61,452 bases of DNA from a virus. Its lineage: Duplodnaviria; Caudoviricetes. The stretch is taken from positions 1 through 61,452 of IMG/VR virus record IMGVR_UViG_3300045996_001309. The stretch is one strand, 5' to 3'. Shown one piece after another: positions 16,607 through 25,748 of the stretch (the stretch's first letter is position 1; each line of letters starts with the position of its first letter). Under the pieces are notes generated by a model. It ran no database searches and was not told the origin of the DNA. It saw nothing but the letters and a program-made list of their open reading frames with translations. The position numbers and the translations under genes were made by a program.

Positions 16607-19342
16607 CTATTCTTCTCTCTGAGACCGTGGTGGCGGCTGCCCCGGATCATTGCTCTCCATGTGCAGAACCAGACCCATGATCGTTGCGACATATGGAGAA
16701 GTGATCTCGATGCAAACCCGCGCGTCGCTGTCCCAACTGCCATTAAAAGCGCCCGGAACAGCATCATAAGCAGCGAGCATTTGCGGCGTCGTCAGTGCCT
16801 TTCCTCGATAAGTCGCGGGCAGGCCCGTAAGGTTCTCAAACTGCCGTCCGATCCGCAGCCCCCGCCATGTCAGATCGGCGGCCACGAGGCCGACGCGAGA
16901 AACGCGCTTCTGCCGGGTCAATGCGGTGCCGCTCTCTTCCCCATAGGCCAGTTTCGTTGTCTTGATCCGCCCGACATATGGCAGGCCGGCAACATAGCTC
17001 GTGGTCGGCGCCGGGAGAGGGCCTTGCCCGGTCCCGTCTAGCGTAATGACGGCAGATATCGGCTCGCCATTGCTCCATACCGCAACCTGTTTGTTCGCGA
17101 GATGGGGGAGCGACATGACTGTTGCGGCCACTCCACTATACGCAACATGCGAGTCAACCGTCTTGGAGACGGCACCACCGCGCGCTTCCGAGAGCTTCGC
17201 TAGTTTTTCGATAAAGCGCTTTGTTGTACCATTTATGATACGAGCTACCACGAAATAGACGCTATCTTCCGCCGCCCGAGCCAAGGTGGCGACCCTCTCA
17301 AAAGCGCCGTCAGTCGTCACCAGCGATAAAGATTCAAGCTCCTCTTTCTCGCTGTAAGTCAGCAGGCCCGCCGTGCCGTCAGTGAGTACTGACCAGTGGT
17401 GTGCGTTATCCGGCTTACGCGATACCGCCATATCGGCAATTCCGGCGGCGTACATCTCGGGCTTCAGACGATCCGCCGGGGCGCTGTCATAATCGATGCT
17501 GCCCGATGTCAGGGTGAGTTTGTGTAGCCTGTTGTCGGCGCCGGCATAGAGGCAGGCGCTTTGCACGCGCACCGCACGGACGGTTTTGGCGGCGCCATCA
17601 TCCGAGCACATGCGCGCGGTAAAGGCTGTGGGCGTCAGAGGCTCATCAAAAGCGTTGGACCGTATCGATATAATCTGCGATGCGGTGCCCGCCACGAGCC
17701 GCTGCATCGACATAGCCCAGCGAATAACGTCGGCGTTGCCTGTCGTTATTGTCCGATTGATGGAGCCGGCATCGCCCTCTAGAGTGTCGTCAAAAGATGC
17801 GTAAGCGTCTGAGGCTGAAAGCTGTGACTTGAGCTTCGGAAACCAGCTAAGACGGCCATCGTGGAGAGCCACTGCCGTGGGCCAGCCGCGATAGTCAGAC
17901 CATTCGCCCTCAGCCCAATCGCTTGTTGCCTCTGTGCCGCCAAGCTGCTGCAGCACATCCGCGCCAATCGACGTGCTGCTGGAAACCGCCGTAACCCGGA
18001 CAACCCCATTTTGGGCACTGCCGACATAAGTTAGCTGCGTCAGCGCAGAACCAGCAGCGTATGCTGTAGCGATCAGGCGGTAATAGATAATCTGATTGTC
18101 TAGGCCGTCGTCGTAGCTTTCGGAAGCTGATGTAGTGTAGGTCTTGACGGTGGCCCAATTCCCCGGCTCGGCAAGGGAGCGCTGCAATTCGATTGTGCCG
18201 CTCCACGACCCGTCTGCGATGATATCGATCGCAAAAGACCGCTGCGTTGCCGTCCCAGGCGCAGTTGAAGTCGCGTCGTGCCGGGTCAAGCCGGTGACGC
18301 GAATCTCGCCAGTTGCGTCATTCAGCGCAGCCAGTGTAGCGATCTTCAATTGCGAGCTGTGCGTCAGCCGGAACAAAGCTCCGACGTGCCCAGTGCGGAA
18401 TACCGGGCGACTAGCGGTTATCACTACGCTGCCGGTCGTGCCGGAAGCCGTTAGAGTCGTGCTCCCGATGTTGCCGAGCCGAAACGGTCCATCCTCTGTT
18501 TGATAGAGCCCGATGCCCCAGGACCGAGAATCGCTTGACCTACGCTCGATGCGACGCTGCTGAAACCCCTCACACGCAACGAAAATCACATCGCCCGAGC
18601 TGTCGTACCTGATAGCATCGAAATGCGCCTTGGTCGTGTACGGAACGGTGATCGTGACCAACCCAGCGGGCTCAACCACGATCGTATCGACGAATGCTTT
18701 GATGGTCTTGCTGTTAGACAGCCTGACCCAGAAATCGCCGGCCGGTGTAATCGCGAGGCTGTAATTGCCGGGAGCTAGCGTAACATCGAGATAGGTGTTA
18801 TCGCCAAGCGCCGTACCGATTTGTAGGTTGACATCGTTGCGTGCGACGATGATCCGAATGCCGTGCTCGACACCGGGATTGGCTACGACAACCTGCTGGT
18901 CAACCTGCGCAAAATTCGTGCCAGTGCCGGTCAGCCCGAGATACCCTCCGGTTTCCCAGGACGATACCGCGCCAACCTCATCCGAGTCTGTCCATCCCGC
19001 GAGATCAATGTCGAACCCGCCATTGTTTATGGTGGCGGTTACGGTCGGGCGCGCTATGAATACGTCATTGACCAGCACGAACATATTGCCGCCCGCCGTC
19101 ATCACGAGCAGAGCCGATTCAGTCTCGGAGTAATTGAACTCGCCTAGCCACGCTTCCAGATCACCAGGGACGCCGGCTATGTACTGAGTGCCGGGGCGGA
19201 ATTGCGTCGGGCCAAGAACGTGCGGAATGAAGTTCGTGTGCGTTTCGCTGGCAATCTTCAGCTTTGCCAGATCAATGCGAGCAAGCGCGTGACGGCTTAC
19301 CTCGCCGGGATTTAAAGAAAAAAGTCCAGCGTCAGTTGTCAT
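16607..19342 (-). CDS. Tail nozzle (tail tubular protein B)
   Basis: SLNPGEVS...RPGT N-terminus, GWPTAVALHDGRL, and VAGLPY...KRVSRV C-terminus. Confidence 0.88.
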   Translation of the reverse strand: MTTDAGLFSLNPGEVSRHALARIDLAKLKIASETHTNFIPHVLGPTQFRPGTQYIAGVPGDLEAWLGEFNYSETESALLVMTAGGNMFVLVNDVFIARPTVTATINNGGFDIDLAGWTDSDEVGAVSSWETGGYLGLTGTGTNFAQVDQQVVVANPGVEHGIRIIVARNDVNLQIGTALGDNTYLDVTLAPGNYSLAITPAGDFWVRLSNSKTIKAFVDTIVVEPAGLVTITVPYTTKAHFDAIRYDSSGDVIFVACEGFQQRRIERRSSDSRSWGIGLYQTEDGPFRLGNIGSTTLTASGTTGSVVITASRPVFRTGHVGALFRLTHSSQLKIATLAALNDATGEIRVTGLTRHDATSTAPGTATQRSFAIDIIADGSWSGTIELQRSLAEPGNWATVKTYTTSASESYDDGLDNQIIYYRLIATAYAAGSALTQLTYVGSAQNGVVRVTAVSSSTSIGADVLQQLGGTEATSDWAEGEWSDYRGWPTAVALHDGRLSWFPKLKSQLSASDAYASFDDTLEGDAGSINRTITTGNADVIRWAMSMQRLVAGTASQIISIRSNAFDEPLTPTAFTARMCSDDGAAKTVRAVRVQSACLYAGADNRLHKLTLTSGSIDYDSAPADRLKPEMYAAGIADMAVSRKPDNAHHWSVLTDGTAGLLTYSEKEELESLSLVTTDGAFERVATLARAAEDSVYFVVARIINGTTKRFIEKLAKLSEARGGAVSKTVDSHVAYSGVAATVMSLPHLANKQVAVWSNGEPISAVITLDGTGQGPLPAPTTSYVAGLPYVGRIKTTKLAYGEESGTALTRQKRVSRVGLVAADLTWRGLRIGRQFENLTGLPATYRGKALTTPQMLAAYDAVPGAFNGSWDSDARVCIEITSPYVATIMGLVLHMESNDPGQPPPRSQREE

Positions 19343-19344
19343 CG

Positions 19345-22335
19345 TTAAGGATCAATAACCGGCGGTCCGCTGATTGCGGTCGGCACATAATCTGAGTATT
19401 CGGTTGACCATGACCGTCCGCCACGAGCGGCGACAAAGCGGCTGCCGCGTCGCACAACACGGTCGCGCGCATCGTCAAGCTGCTCGGCCTCGCTACTCGC
19501 ATCCTTGTACATAGCGAGCTTTGCGGCAGCGAGATGTGCCATCGCCGGGTTGTTGCGCACTTCCTCGTATTGCAAGCGAGCGAGCACCGCGTCGCGGAAA
19601 TGTGCGGTCCACTTTGTCGAATCCAGCCCAAGACGCGAAACGTAGCGCACCGTGACCGGAGTGATATCAGCGTGGTAGGCGCCGCCAATATCGGCAAAGG
19701 GAATATCCGATCGCCTGACGTAAGGAGCTGCGCCGTGCTCGTAATAGACGCGCACCGTGCGAATAAGATCACTCGGCCAAATGTGGCGGTAAGCAAAGCT
19801 GTACTCAGAAACGCCGGTAGACAGCTCTGCCGGTAGCGGATCGCTAGTCTCTGTCAGCGTCGCAACACGTAGCGCAAACCGCCAGCGGCCTCCTTCCAGT
19901 TCACGCTGAACCGTCGTCCGATAGGAGCCGTCTAGTTGAAAGCGCAGCCAGTCGTCATCGGGGCGGCTCCACAAGCGCAGTGCTTCTCCAAAGAGAAGAT
20001 CGAACTCGCCGTGCTTGAGCTGACGCTCCTCCGGTCTCGACGACTGCAATTGCAAGAATGCGAGTACTGCGTCATCGACGTTCTGCGGCCACAGCGCCGT
20101 ATTAAGCGCCTCCGTCGAGACATAACGCGCCACGAATGTCTCGGCGTCCGTGCTCCAATCAGCCGATGTTTCACGGATATTTATTGGACATTCCTGCCCA
20201 TCCCAGGGGATGAACAGCGCGTGCGACTTGAACCAGTCGTCCGGCAGAGGATAGCGATATGGGTATCCATAGGCGGGGTCTGAGGGAAGCTGATCGACCA
20301 GCGACGAATACTGCCGCTCAGCTAATGCCCACCACCAATTACCTCGCGCCATGACGGCGGGTACATGACGGCGGAATGCGCCGCTAAGTTGGTGCTCAAG
20401 CCACGGGTCAGGAGGGTCGGCATAACCCTGGAGCGCGCCATTAAGCGTAATGGCGGCAGCAGTCACCGCCGCTTCCATTGTTTCGGCCGGCGCTGTCGCG
20501 AGAACGCAACCGGCGTAAACGGCCTGCATGTACGCGGCAGGCCACAAGCGCGCATCCATGCCGAGAGTGTCCGACATGAAATCTGCATAAAACGGCAAGT
20601 GCGATACATACCACTTGCCGCCCTGCTCCAGAATATCGATCGGGCGGCGCTCGCCTGAGTCAGTTAGCGTGTACAGCGCGCGGGTACGGGTCCACTCACT
20701 CGGAACCTCAACAGAGCGCGTGTACCCGGCAACATCGGTCACAACATCGGCGTCGCCCTCGACATGCGCCACACCGAGCCGCATCGCAAATCGCCAAAAT
20801 GCACGCTCGTGCATTTCCCTGGAGACGCGCGCAAATACACCACTTTGCTGGTACGGTAGCCACGCATCAAGCGGCTCTCCATGCATCGCAAGCGCGGCGT
20901 CTCGTGCCGCGCGATATATGGTTAGCGCATGCGCCTTAGCTTCACCGGGAACCGCCGTGCGCCACAGCAGCCACGCCCGCAAAGCGTCAACAAACGAATC
21001 AGGCCAATTCTCAGGGTTCATCCCAGAGATAGACGACGTATAACGCAGCATAACCGGCTCGGTCGATGCCGCGTTGACATAAAAATTCCCGGCCTCCTCC
21101 CTAACATCGACAGGCGCCCGGTTGCGCACCGGGTCATTCCCAACTTGGTATAGGGCTAGGGTGGAGAGGAAGTCGGCCGGTTTTTCAAATCCCGTATTGT
21201 AGCCAGACGGCGGCGTGGCAGCGACAGTAAGGGGAACGGTAAGCGCCGCAAATCGCCAAGCACCATCAGATAGAACCTCGCGATTACCGCTTAAAAAATC
21301 CCCGCTAAGCTGGAACGGAAGCCAGAAATCATCGGGATCGGCAAGCAGGCTCTTTGCCAGCAAAACAGCCTGATACCATCCAGGCACACCTTCCTTGTTA
21401 TCGCCTTCGGCCGGCATCTGCGGCCGGCCAGCCTCAAGGTACGCCAGCATCGCTGTACGGAACGGCTCATCCCAACTTACGCTGCGCGATCCCTGTGTCG
21501 AGATATAGCGCGCTCTGAAGCTAGTCCTGTCAGTTGACCACTGGTTGCCGTGCTCTTGAATATGAAAAGGAAGGTCTCGCTCGTCAGTCGATACGATGAA
21601 CAGCTTATGAGTACGGAGCCAATCGTCTGGCTTCTCAAATGAGAATAGCAACTCGGGAGACGGCGTTCCGGCCTGCACCGAAATCGACAAGGTTCGCATG
21701 GCGAACCGCCAGAAAGCGTGGCGCAGCAAATCAAGCGCGCCTCGTTCCATCTCGCCATTGCGCTGATATGGCAACCAGCGATCTTCCGGCTCGGCGTCAA
21801 GCTCCCTTGCTCTCTCCAGATATTGACTGAAAAGCTGCGACATGCGACCAGCCGCATTCGGCTCGCCAGTGACGCGCTCAGCTATCAAGAAAGCGAGATA
21901 CGCCGCGACGGCCTGCGCAAAGCTCTCGGGCCAAGGATGACTGACCTGTTCAGGATCAGTGAAAGCCGAACTAATGTATCGCCAATAGATCGTGCCGGTA
22001 TCGTTTAACGATAAGCTCGTACCGTGTTCGCGCAAATCGATCGGGTGCTCACGGCCATCAGAGCCGCCCACCGTAAAGATCGCGTGCGTGCGCAGCCAAT
22101 CAGCCGGGCGGCTGAAAGTGCGGGTAAACCCGGGAATCAGTGTCCCGCCAATGGAGGGCGATACTGTCTTTAGCGCGAAACGCCACGGTGCTTGGCGAAG
22201 CACAAATTCCGTTGCTTCGGGATATGCGTCATCTAAGTGATAGCGCGTCTCTACGTCATCGGTAATAAGCGTAAAGCGGCTGTCCGCAAGGAGTCTGGCC
22301 GCATCTCCGTACAATCGTAGTTTTGTTGCGGCCAT
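19345..22335 (-). CDS. Head-tail adaptor (tail tubular protein A) made of six tandem domains
   Basis: Six copies of a WRFA...P.DWLR...Y.S...WP..F..A unit, located directly upstream of the nozzle. Confidence 0.85.
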   Translation of the reverse strand: MAATKLRLYGDAARLLADSRFTLITDDVETRYHLDDAYPEATEFVLRQAPWRFALKTVSPSIGGTLIPGFTRTFSRPADWLRTHAIFTVGGSDGREHPIDLREHGTSLSLNDTGTIYWRYISSAFTDPEQVSHPWPESFAQAVAAYLAFLIAERVTGEPNAAGRMSQLFSQYLERARELDAEPEDRWLPYQRNGEMERGALDLLRHAFWRFAMRTLSISVQAGTPSPELLFSFEKPDDWLRTHKLFIVSTDERDLPFHIQEHGNQWSTDRTSFRARYISTQGSRSVSWDEPFRTAMLAYLEAGRPQMPAEGDNKEGVPGWYQAVLLAKSLLADPDDFWLPFQLSGDFLSGNREVLSDGAWRFAALTVPLTVAATPPSGYNTGFEKPADFLSTLALYQVGNDPVRNRAPVDVREEAGNFYVNAASTEPVMLRYTSSISGMNPENWPDSFVDALRAWLLWRTAVPGEAKAHALTIYRAARDAALAMHGEPLDAWLPYQQSGVFARVSREMHERAFWRFAMRLGVAHVEGDADVVTDVAGYTRSVEVPSEWTRTRALYTLTDSGERRPIDILEQGGKWYVSHLPFYADFMSDTLGMDARLWPAAYMQAVYAGCVLATAPAETMEAAVTAAAITLNGALQGYADPPDPWLEHQLSGAFRRHVPAVMARGNWWWALAERQYSSLVDQLPSDPAYGYPYRYPLPDDWFKSHALFIPWDGQECPINIRETSADWSTDAETFVARYVSTEALNTALWPQNVDDAVLAFLQLQSSRPEERQLKHGEFDLLFGEALRLWSRPDDDWLRFQLDGSYRTTVQRELEGGRWRFALRVATLTETSDPLPAELSTGVSEYSFAYRHIWPSDLIRTVRVYYEHGAAPYVRRSDIPFADIGGAYHADITPVTVRYVSRLGLDSTKWTAHFRDAVLARLQYEEVRNNPAMAHLAAAKLAMYKDASSEAEQLDDARDRVVRRGSRFVAARGGRSWSTEYSDYVPTAISGPPVIDP

Positions 22336-22342
22336 CTAACCC

Positions 22343-22780
22343 CTACCTCCGTGCCTCAAATTCGGCAGCTTTCTTCGTAGCAGCCGCCCGGTCAGGCAGG
22401 CCCCGCGCCAGCTCGTCCTTGCCGCGCATGACGAACCAATTGCGAACGCTGTCGTGATCGACAATGATCTTGCCGTCTTTTGACGTAGATGATCCGCCCA
22501 TGTTCAGGCTTCGCGGCTTGCCGCGCTGCACAACTTCTGCCCAAGCCCCGTAGGGGTCGAGCGCGACGACGCGCAGATCAGCATCGATCGTGTAGTCGTC
22601 ATTTGAGACTTCGATGATCGTCCCAACCTTGAGCACCGGGACAACGTGCGTCCAGTATTCGGGATCGGATAACAAATCATCGAGAGACACGCCGAGCGGG
22701 AGCTTGTGCTCACGGAAATCGCGCGCAAACTCTCCATACGCCAAATGTGTAGGACGGAAATTCGAGGGGATCTTGGACAT
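22343..22780 (-). CDS. Hypothetical virion-module protein
   Basis: ORF between the capsid and adaptor genes. Confidence 0.65.
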   Translation of the reverse strand: MSKIPSNFRPTHLAYGEFARDFREHKLPLGVSLDDLLSDPEYWTHVVPVLKVGTIIEVSNDDYTIDADLRVVALDPYGAWAEVVQRGKPRSLNMGGSSTSKDGKIIVDHDSVRNWFVMRGKDELARGLPDRAAATKKAAEFEARR

Positions 22781-22800
22781 AAAAGCCTTCTGCTAAAGGG

Positions 22801-22826
22801 AAAAAAGGCGACCCCGAAGGGTCGCC
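22801..22826 (-). terminator. Rho-independent terminator after the capsid genes
   Basis: Minus strand GGCGACCC-TTCG-GGGTCGCC followed by T6. Confidence 0.9.
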
Positions 22827-22836
22827 AAAATGTGCG

Positions 22837-23118
22837 TTAGTCCGAGTTGGTAACGGCCACTGCCGTGCCATCGCTCAGATCGCCCGCTCCGGTTGTAGCG
22901 TTCACGGTACGAACGACACACCACTGCGCAGTCGGAGTCGCCGTATCGACCACAAACACGAGGTCCATGACCTTCATGCCCATGTCCTTGGCATTTGAAA
23001 TGTACCCTGCGGTGTTCACGTCAGCGATGGCATCGGCTGATTTGTACGTCCACCACCGATGATCACCCATTAGAGATGGGCCAGCCATCAGGAACAGATT
23101 GTCCTTATCATAAGCCAT
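22837..23118 (-). CDS. Small capsid-associated (decoration-like) protein
   Basis: Follows the MCP gene before the terminator, with a strong GAGGAG RBS. Confidence 0.6.
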   Translation of the reverse strand: MAYDKDNLFLMAGPSLMGDHRWWTYKSADAIADVNTAGYISNAKDMGMKVMDLVFVVDTATPTAQWCVVRTVNATTGAGDLSDGTAVAVTNSD

Positions 23119-23140
23119 TGCTCATTCTCCTCTCAATGGC

Positions 23141-23995
23141 CTACGCAGACAGGCCGGTGTCGTCGAACTGGAACTTGATGATCCCGGCATTCTGCAATTT
23201 CACGCTGCCGTGATAAATCGTCGTCCGACGAAAGGTGTAGTCATCCTCCTTGTTGTAGTCCAAGAAGGGCTGTACCCCGTCCGTGGACACGGCGTAGCCG
23301 ACCGCTTCCTTGTGATAGATGAAATTGGTCGAGGATGACGTTCCGGCGCCGGGCAGATCGGGATGAACAATCCACTCGAAACCCATGAACATCGTCCGCA
23401 TTGTCGGGCTTGGAACACCCTTATCGACCTTCTTGCTGCCGGTATAATCCACGCTGGTAAACTGCGGAACGTTCAACACCATGTAGTTGTAAACAGCCGG
23501 GGTAACGACAGCAAAGAGATTGCCGGTTGTGTACAGACCAACCTTGGCATTGTACAGCATGGTCGAGGCGCGAGCGATGGCCGTCATGACCTCCTGCGGA
23601 ACAACAGTTCCGAGTGTCACTGTGCCGGTTTCGAGCGCGTCGATGATGATCTCATCCTGCTTGCGGTGAATAACCGCGAGCGATTGATACCTCATCATTT
23701 CGAGCTGCTTATCGCTCGCCTGTGCTCGAAAGATGTTGAAGTTGGTCATAATCACCTTGTCGTGATCTTCACGAAAGGTGAGCGTGACCGTGCTCTGAAC
23801 GTTGTCACCGGGCGGGATCAAGCCGCGAGGACCGCGCGTTACCGCGGTGCGACCTCCGGAACCGGAGACGAGAAAGATCGTGCTGCCGCCGCGATCTTGT
23901 GAATCGGTGCGAACAGTCGGCGGCAAGGTTGCTTGTTCAACCTCATACGCCTTGATAAAGTCTTGTTTATAGATGGCTTCTTGAACGGCACTCAT
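23141..23995 (-). CDS. Major capsid protein
   Basis: Follows the scaffold gene. RKQDEIIIDAL, FMGFEWIVHP and YHKEAVGYA motifs. Confidence 0.85.
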   Translation of the reverse strand: MSAVQEAIYKQDFIKAYEVEQATLPPTVRTDSQDRGGSTIFLVSGSGGRTAVTRGPRGLIPPGDNVQSTVTLTFREDHDKVIMTNFNIFRAQASDKQLEMMRYQSLAVIHRKQDEIIIDALETGTVTLGTVVPQEVMTAIARASTMLYNAKVGLYTTGNLFAVVTPAVYNYMVLNVPQFTSVDYTGSKKVDKGVPSPTMRTMFMGFEWIVHPDLPGAGTSSSTNFIYHKEAVGYAVSTDGVQPFLDYNKEDDYTFRRTTIYHGSVKLQNAGIIKFQFDDTGLSA

Positions 23996-24174
23996 TTGCC
24001 CGTGTCTCCATGATTGGAGGTTGCACAGGCCATCAACTCCGGGTGGCTATCTCGCTTTGCGCAGGGTGGCGGCACGAATGCCGGGCTGCGACGCCGCTTA
24101 ATAGGGCTTCGTTTCAGGCGGTTGGTTGTGGATGCCGGGGCTGCGGATGCAGGGTAGCCGGCTGGGTAGAAACT

Positions 24175-25125
24175 TTAAGCAGCTCGGCTACGCCGGCCGC
24201 CGCCTTCGTCGCGCTTCAATCGAGCTTCGATCAGGCGCTCGTATTCCTTGTTTTCCGCTGCGGTGCGGGCGCCATACTTGCCGGCAAGCTCATCGATACG
24301 GTCATCAATCCCCTTGCCTCCAAGGCCGGGTTCGCCGCCGATCAGCGCTTCGGGATCGGCCATATCGAGAATGTCTTGCATCAATTCCTGAAGCACGCCC
24401 TTGTCGTGCGCGAACGCCTTAACAGCTTGCGATAGCGATGGGCGAACCTCCATCCAATCTGCCAGAAGACGGGCGTTGCGGCTGTAGTCGCCGCCCCATT
24501 CCTTCTGATATTCAGCGTCGTTGCGTGCAATCGCGCGTTGCCGCGCGGTCTGTTCTTCCTGGCGTGTGCGAATTAGCTCTTGCTGGTATCCCTCAAAAGC
24601 TTCCTTCATGTACTTCGCTGGAATGTTCCGCTCGTGCGCGAACGCCGCCATATTCTTTGCAATCGAGTTTTCTATCTCACCCGCATTCGCTTCCGGAGCG
24701 AACTTGAGATCGTACCCATCCGGCGTCTCAGGAACACCAACCGCCTTGCGGTATTCAGCCCTTTGCTCGTCCGTAGCATTTTCAGCCAGGGTCGGCGGCC
24801 CCTTGTGCGCGCCACGGCGGATTACCTGCTCCTGAGCCAGGAGCTTCTGCCAGACGGCACGCGGCGACGTGAACCGAGCCGCGAGCTTCAGCGAGGCTTC
24901 GTCACCCCCCGTCAGGTCTTCGCGCCACTTCTCTCCCCACGGGGCGTAATCATCGCCGCCCTGATCCGCAGCTTCTCCACCGATAACAGCGGCGAGTTGA
25001 CCGCCGGCCTCGCCGGCATCTTGAGACGGGTTATCAGCGCCGACTTCCGGCGATTGGGCAGAGGTAACGACAGCAGAATCTCGTTCGCTGGCGGCGCTTG
25101 CCGCAGCGGTGGAAGCGTCACTCAT
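24175..25125 (-). CDS. Capsid scaffolding protein
   Basis: Acidic N-terminus, GVPETPDGY and KEWGGDY motifs, upstream of the MCP. Confidence 0.8.
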   Translation of the reverse strand: MSDASTAAASAASERDSAVVTSAQSPEVGADNPSQDAGEAGGQLAAVIGGEAADQGGDDYAPWGEKWREDLTGGDEASLKLAARFTSPRAVWQKLLAQEQVIRRGAHKGPPTLAENATDEQRAEYRKAVGVPETPDGYDLKFAPEANAGEIENSIAKNMAAFAHERNIPAKYMKEAFEGYQQELIRTRQEEQTARQRAIARNDAEYQKEWGGDYSRNARLLADWMEVRPSLSQAVKAFAHDKGVLQELMQDILDMADPEALIGGEPGLGGKGIDDRIDELAGKYGARTAAENKEYERLIEARLKRDEGGGRRSRAA

Positions 25126-25134
25126 ATTTTTGCC

Positions 25135-25425
25135 TTATGCCGCGTGAATGCTTTTTGCGCTTAACCGATCATATTCGGCGTAGATTTTATCTTGTAGCCG
25201 CCGCATGACAGCCGGGGCCAAGGTAAAAGCAACCGTCCAGTCCACTGCGCGGATTTCTGTCTGATCCATATCTGGATTAAAACAGACAACGTACAATTTG
25301 GGAGAAGCCCTGAAATGCCCCATCTGTTTGTTCATTTCAGACTTATTAACAACTGCGACAAACGGCACTTCAGACACGACATAACATTGGCCGCCCGTGA
25401 AGGGGCCAATCATGGCTTCTTCCAT
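25135..25425 (-). CDS. Hypothetical protein
   Basis: ORF fills the gap between genes and has lower GC. Confidence 0.55.
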   Translation of the reverse strand: MEEAMIGPFTGGQCYVVSEVPFVAVVNKSEMNKQMGHFRASPKLYVVCFNPDMDQTEIRAVDWTVAFTLAPAVMRRLQDKIYAEYDRLSAKSIHAA

Positions 25426-25433
25426 TGTGCTCT

Positions 25434-25748
25434 CTAGGTTGTTGAACGCCTTTGGCGTACTCGCTCAGCGGTAGATATCCGACGTTCGATAGGAGACGGA
25501 CCCTCCGGTATCGGCGAGCGCACGATGTCTTGAATCTGTTGACCTACGTAGTGCCGACCGTTCCACCAATTCGCCGTAGCCACATCCGCCGGCTGACATG
25601 CCGACAAGCGGTTGATTCCGCAAAGCTGCTCAATTATGAATGAGCACGCCATCTTGTGCGCCTCGTCCGCGAATAGCGCCTTCAGCGCGTGTCGCATAAC
25701 ATCGGAGCACTCGACACGGGCAAGGGCTTCAGTTTCTCGAAGGGTCAT
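25434..25748 (-). CDS. Bbp19-like small protein
   Basis: Directly follows the portal gene. NGRHYVGQQI resembles the EGRR.VG..I motif. Confidence 0.6.
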   Translation of the reverse strand: MTLRETEALARVECSDVMRHALKALFADEAHKMACSFIIEQLCGINRLSACQPADVATANWWNGRHYVGQQIQDIVRSPIPEGPSPIERRISTAERVRQRRSTT

